Assembly: GCA_031259965.1 (NCBI GenBank)
Contig: JAIRKT010000109.1
Location: 64 to 64,063 of the forward strand
From: Christensenellaceae bacterium
GTDB taxonomy: Bacteria > Bacillota > Clostridia > Christensenellales > DTU072
Direction: 5' to 3'
DNA: 64,000 nt
Within the stretch, counting starts at the first letter, position 1. Each line of letters opens with the position of its first letter. A program made the position numbers and the translations under genes. Below, piece after piece: positions 60,516-64,000 of this stretch. Below the pieces are notes generated by a model, which was not told where the DNA came from, made no database searches, and was given only the letters and a program-made list of their open reading frames with translations.

Positions 60516-60662
60516 CCTAATTGCTTTTCTTTTTTAGACACCTTTTTGGTTGTTGCCTTGTTATGTTTTTTCTTGTCATTGCTCTTATTACAAACCAACA
60601 GTATTATAAAACCAAAAGAGAAGAGAATATTTTTTAAAAATTATGCAATACTAAAGAGTAAA

Positions 60663-61430
60663 ATGAACAAAGTAATAATAGCGGGAATAAACACAAACAA
60701 TTTACCAAAACTAACTGGAAAAGAATCTGAGTCAATGCTTAGACGGATGAAGAGTGGAGAAAGTGAATTAAGAGAAACATTTTTGATGGCTAATGTGAGA
60801 TTGGTGTTAAGCATGGTACAAAGGTTTTCTAAAGTTAGTGATAGGTCAGATGATATTTTCCAAATAGGGATGTTGGGTTTGATAAAAGCGACTGACAATT
60901 TTGATATAATGCAAAATGTTAGATTTTCAACCTACGCAGTTCCCATGATATTAGGTGAAATAAGAAGATATATTAGAGAGTCATCTGCAATGAAAGTAGG
61001 CAGGAGTTTAAGAGATATTGCGTATAAGGCTATGCTTGCTCGTAACAAAATTGAGAGCGAGAATGTTCAAGAAGCGAAATTAGAGGAAATTGCGAAGGAG
61101 ATCGAAGTATCTTATAGCGATTTAGTTTTTGCACTGGATGCTATAGCAGATCCTGTGTCAATTTATGAACCTGTGTATGGTGAGACAGAAGATGGTGCAA
61201 AAATCATTGATCAGATCAGCAATACATCTGAGGAATTATCAAATGATGATCTAATAGTATTGAGGGATGGTGTAAAAGCATTGCCAGATAAGGAACGATT
61301 AGTAATAACGCAACGATATTATAAAGGAATGACACAAACAGAGATTGCAACTGAACTAAAGATATCACAGGCGCAGGTAAGTAGATTAGAGAAAAGTGCA
61401 ATTGCCAAATTAAGACCCGCATTTTCATAG
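60663..61430 (+). CDS. sigG: sporulation sigma factor SigG
   Basis: 'NKVIIAGINTNNLPKL', 'RSLRDIAYKA', 'FALDAIADPVSIYEP' and 'ISQAQVSRLEK' closely parallel B. subtilis SigG. The ORF-track N-terminal 39 aa extension is unlikely. Confidence 0.9.
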   Translation: MNKVIIAGINTNNLPKLTGKESESMLRRMKSGESELRETFLMANVRLVLSMVQRFSKVSDRSDDIFQIGMLGLIKATDNFDIMQNVRFSTYAVPMILGEIRRYIRESSAMKVGRSLRDIAYKAMLARNKIESENVQEAKLEEIAKEIEVSYSDLVFALDAIADPVSIYEPVYGETEDGAKIIDQISNTSEELSNDDLIVLRDGVKALPDKERLVITQRYYKGMTQTEIATELKISQAQVSRLEKSAIAKLRPAFS

Positions 61431-61455
61431 CACTTAAGGTTATAAAAATGCGGGT
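61415..61455. terminator. long-loop hairpin between convergent sigG and a membrane-protein gene
   Basis: ACCCGCATTTT pairs perfectly with AAAATGCGGGT (11 bp, 19-nt loop containing the sigG stop). There is no clear U-run. Confidence 0.35.
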
Positions 61456-61501
61456 TATGATCATTGACAAATGGTGATTTTAGAGGAATATAGATAAAAT
61501 C

Positions 61502-62302
61502 TTAAAATCCAAAATCCTTATAAATATCAGTTGGTGGTTGTGGTGTGTCATCATCGTCAACAGGCGTGATTTTAATGTCGTGCTCAATAAAGTCAAGTTG
61601 TTTTTGCATGAAACGCTTTGCTACAAATTTGCGTGTAAAGAGCAATCCACCTAATGAGAATAAAAGATAGAGTGCAGGACCAATTATATAGTAAATGAGT
61701 TGTGGCAAACCTTCATCGCTATTTAACACGTTCAAAAATGAAATTGCTGAAAATGCAAGATGAGCAAAGAAATAAAAATCAGCCAATCGAGAAAAAGCTC
61801 GTCCGATGTCTCCCATGTAAATAAATTCATGTTGAGCTATCAAGAATCCTAGAAATAAAAAGAAAGAATAAACAATCAAATTAAAGAGACCATCAAAATT
61901 CTCGATGTTAGGATTAACATAATAAAGCAATCTAACAAGGGCCATTACACCAGTGGATGCGATGACAGATATTCGCGCGAGGTTCTTAAAATTTTTGGCC
62001 CCTGTGGTTCTGATACCAGTCCTTTTTAAAATTGTGTTTGCGATACTGATAATAATTTCTATTACGACCAAGAAAAAAAGAACAGTTATTATAATACCAA
62101 TAGTCCAAATGGTTTGAATAAGATTAGGTGTTAGTTGCTCTGGCCCATAATCTATAATCTCTGGAAGATACTCGACAAGCATACCTTTAGTTACAGATAA
62201 TTGATAAACACATGAAGCAAAAATAGTAGCAAACAAGATGACTATATAAAATATAGATGGTAATTTTGTTAACTTTTTAAAGATAATTCGTGTTTTGATC
62301 AT
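61502..62302 (-). CDS. multi-pass membrane protein, unknown family
   Basis: 266 aa with about 6 hydrophobic segments and an acidic/Pro-rich C-terminal tail. Confidence 0.6.
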   Translation of the reverse strand: MIKTRIIFKKLTKLPSIFYIVILFATIFASCVYQLSVTKGMLVEYLPEIIDYGPEQLTPNLIQTIWTIGIIITVLFFLVVIEIIISIANTILKRTGIRTTGAKNFKNLARISVIASTGVMALVRLLYYVNPNIENFDGLFNLIVYSFFLFLGFLIAQHEFIYMGDIGRAFSRLADFYFFAHLAFSAISFLNVLNSDEGLPQLIYYIIGPALYLLFSLGGLLFTRKFVAKRFMQKQLDFIEHDIKITPVDDDDTPQPPTDIYKDFGF

Positions 62303-62360
62303 AAATATTGATATTCTCCTTGAATATAGTTAAGAGGAAGTTTCCTATTTTTTGTAGATT

Positions 62361-63380
62361 TTAAGAACTTAAGAGAATTGATATAATTCGTTCAAATGCC
62401 GCCTTCTCTGTCATAAGCCCACTTTTTATATTTGATTCGGTTTCAGTAAGAGCAAATAAATTTCTAGAAAGGGTTTGAGCAGAATAATTTTTTGCTAATT
62501 CTCTTGCCTTATAAATAGCAAATTGCTTAACTGAAAATATGTTTACAAGTTGATCGTCGCTTTTGTCAGAAATTTTTACATAATACATTCTTCGGAATTG
62601 ATTAGTCAGTGATACAAGAATATATATGTATGAAACACCTGCTGTGATAAACTTGTCAAGAATTTTTAAAGCCTTCGACTTGTTGCCACTTGTAATTGCA
62701 CCTGTAAAATCATACATTTGATTTTCTTCAGTATCTGACACTAAAAGTTCGACATCTGCTAGTGTAACTTGTCTACCCTCACAATAAGCTTCTAGTTTAG
62801 ACATTTCCGTTGATATTTTAGCCATATTGCAAACAGTGTAGGTAATTAATGTATTAATTGCTGATGCTTCAATTCCACCTATTTTTGAGAAATTGTTACT
62901 AATAATAGTTCTAAGTTCGAACGGGTCGGATTTTTTTGCATCTATTATAGTCATTTTCTTTTTTATATTAGCTGACAACCCAGTTGTGTTCAGAAAAACT
63001 AAATACTTATCGCCAGCACCGTCAATAGCCGCTTCAATGATATCAGAATTTTTTTCCTTTACCTTAGTTTTCTTTTTTGATTTTGTCTTAGGAGGTGTTT
63101 CCTCTTTTTTTGCGGATTTGGATTCACTGATAGAAATATTTTTAACGATAATCACATGATTTCCTGAAAAAAACGAGAAAAACTCGACAGCATTAAGTAT
63201 ATCTCTAAAATCACTAGGTTCATCTAGAATATTAAGATTAAATGACCTGTTTTCATTAGGCACGAGGTTTATAAAAAAATTTACTGCGTGGTCGCACCAA
63301 TAAGGGTCATCACCTTCAATTAGAAATATTTTGCTGTTAGCCTCTCTGAGACTTTGAAAATTAAGCATAGATGCTTTCAT
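62361..63380 (-). CDS. holA: DNA polymerase III subunit delta
   Basis: Length and pattern parallel B. subtilis HolA/YqeN: 'IFLIEGDDPYW', 'FNLNILDEP', 'HVIIVKN', 'NQMYDFTGAI' and 'LVSLTNQFRRMY'. The ATG at 63380 is preferred over the TTG at 63398. Confidence 0.82.
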   Translation of the reverse strand: MKASMLNFQSLREANSKIFLIEGDDPYWCDHAVNFFINLVPNENRSFNLNILDEPSDFRDILNAVEFFSFFSGNHVIIVKNISISESKSAKKEETPPKTKSKKKTKVKEKNSDIIEAAIDGAGDKYLVFLNTTGLSANIKKKMTIIDAKKSDPFELRTIISNNFSKIGGIEASAINTLITYTVCNMAKISTEMSKLEAYCEGRQVTLADVELLVSDTEENQMYDFTGAITSGNKSKALKILDKFITAGVSYIYILVSLTNQFRRMYYVKISDKSDDQLVNIFSVKQFAIYKARELAKNYSAQTLSRNLFALTETESNIKSGLMTEKAAFERIISILLSS

Positions 63381-63386
63381 AACATA

Positions 63387-63415
63387 ATTATATAACAATT
63401 ACTCATGAAATGCAA
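63387..63415 (-). promoter_or_regulatory. holA promoter, likely producing a leaderless or near-leaderless mRNA
   Basis: The minus strand reads TTGCAT-17 nt-TATAAT, then 6 nt, then the ATG at 63380. No Shine-Dalgarno sequence is present. Confidence 0.5.
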
Positions 63416-63733
63416 AATAATGTAAATAAAGAAGTAAAATTTTAAATTAAATATGGGTGTTAAAAGGTTTAAAAATATTAAAATCGAAAAGGCTATGCTT
63501 TTAATTTAAATATTTGAATTATGAGAATTTTTAAATAGGATAACCTTCTGCCAAATTGAATAACAGTTGCACATTTTTAAGTTTTTTCTTGATATCGGCC
63601 AGAATAGCTATTGTAACATAACAGCATAACACTATATTCTATTGTCACAAGTGATAATTTTTGATATTGTAGGTTTGTAAATGAAAGAGTTGCAAATAAG
63701 TTTAAATTTTTTTCAGAAATGGCATCAAAACGC

Positions 63734-63786
63734 TTGACTATATAAAAGTTATACTATATAATTATTATAGTTAGCAATTGCTAACT
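63734..63786 (+). promoter_or_regulatory. orphan strong promoter with perfect 18-bp palindromic operator
   Basis: TTGACT (63734-39), a 17-nt spacer, TATAAT (63757-62), then AGTTAGCAATTGCTAACT (63769-86, a perfect palindrome). No ORF follows within the window. Confidence 0.6.
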
Positions 63787-63803
63787 CCCAAATTTGTAAA
63801 TAG

Positions 63804-63857
63804 TGCGGTACAGTCGTAGATATAATTTTCCTTATGTGTGCTTATGACTGTGCCGCA
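63804..63857 (+). other. 12-bp stem / 30-nt loop hairpin in the transcript from the orphan promoter
   Basis: TGCGGTACAGTC pairs with GACTGTGCCGCA (11 Watson-Crick pairs plus 1 G-U). No U-run follows. Confidence 0.4.
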
Positions 63858-64000
63858 TATTTAAATATGGAAACAACCGAAAACCTGTCTATTTAATGAT
63901 ATAATAACCAGCCTGGTAAATTGCATTTCATTTTAAAGAGTTTACAGCCGTTTAATAATTTCTGCTTAATTTTTCTTTGATTATTTTTTAATTAATCTTT

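Overview
AT-rich, low-GC Firmicutes-like chromosomal window. It uses the standard genetic code: TGA acts as a stop and tRNA-Trp carries anticodon CCA. I count about 47 protein-coding genes and one tRNA, with no rRNA, no CRISPR array and no intact transposase or integrase. Recognisable core genes are proC, feoA-feoB plus a Cys-rich FeoB partner, a GH2 beta-galactosidase, a SulP permease, an M16 peptidase, a dimeric-dUTPase-like gene, ftsK-rimO-cinA(short)-recA, serS, YlmC/YmxH, a UMF1-type MFS transporter, a hybrid histidine kinase with YfcC and argD, cdaA-DUF1015-lysC, sigG and holA. The accessory or unusual parts are: (i) a decayed island next to tRNA-Trp at 1-2.8 kb, with two DNA methyltransferase genes, one truncated. 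(ii) An eight-gene minus-strand locus at 33.4-40.9 kb, combining a secreted Ser/Thr-rich beta-type protein, a lipoprotein, a multi-pass membrane protein and a MacB-type ABC pump with two adaptor-like proteins. This is my best candidate for an undescribed toxin/export-immunity type system, but that reading is inference only. (iii) A ~1200-aa membrane-anchored DUF4091 protein. (iv) A near-identical palindromic operator shared by the feoAB promoter and an orphan strong promoter at 63.7 kb. (v) A perfect 29-bp direct repeat upstream of the MFS gene. (vi) Gene-decay signatures: an in-frame TAG just ahead of cinA and a multi-frame remnant upstream of sigG. Intergenic spacers are unusually long, many of them 400-900 bp. 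All functional calls come from motif recognition by eye, and no database search was possible.
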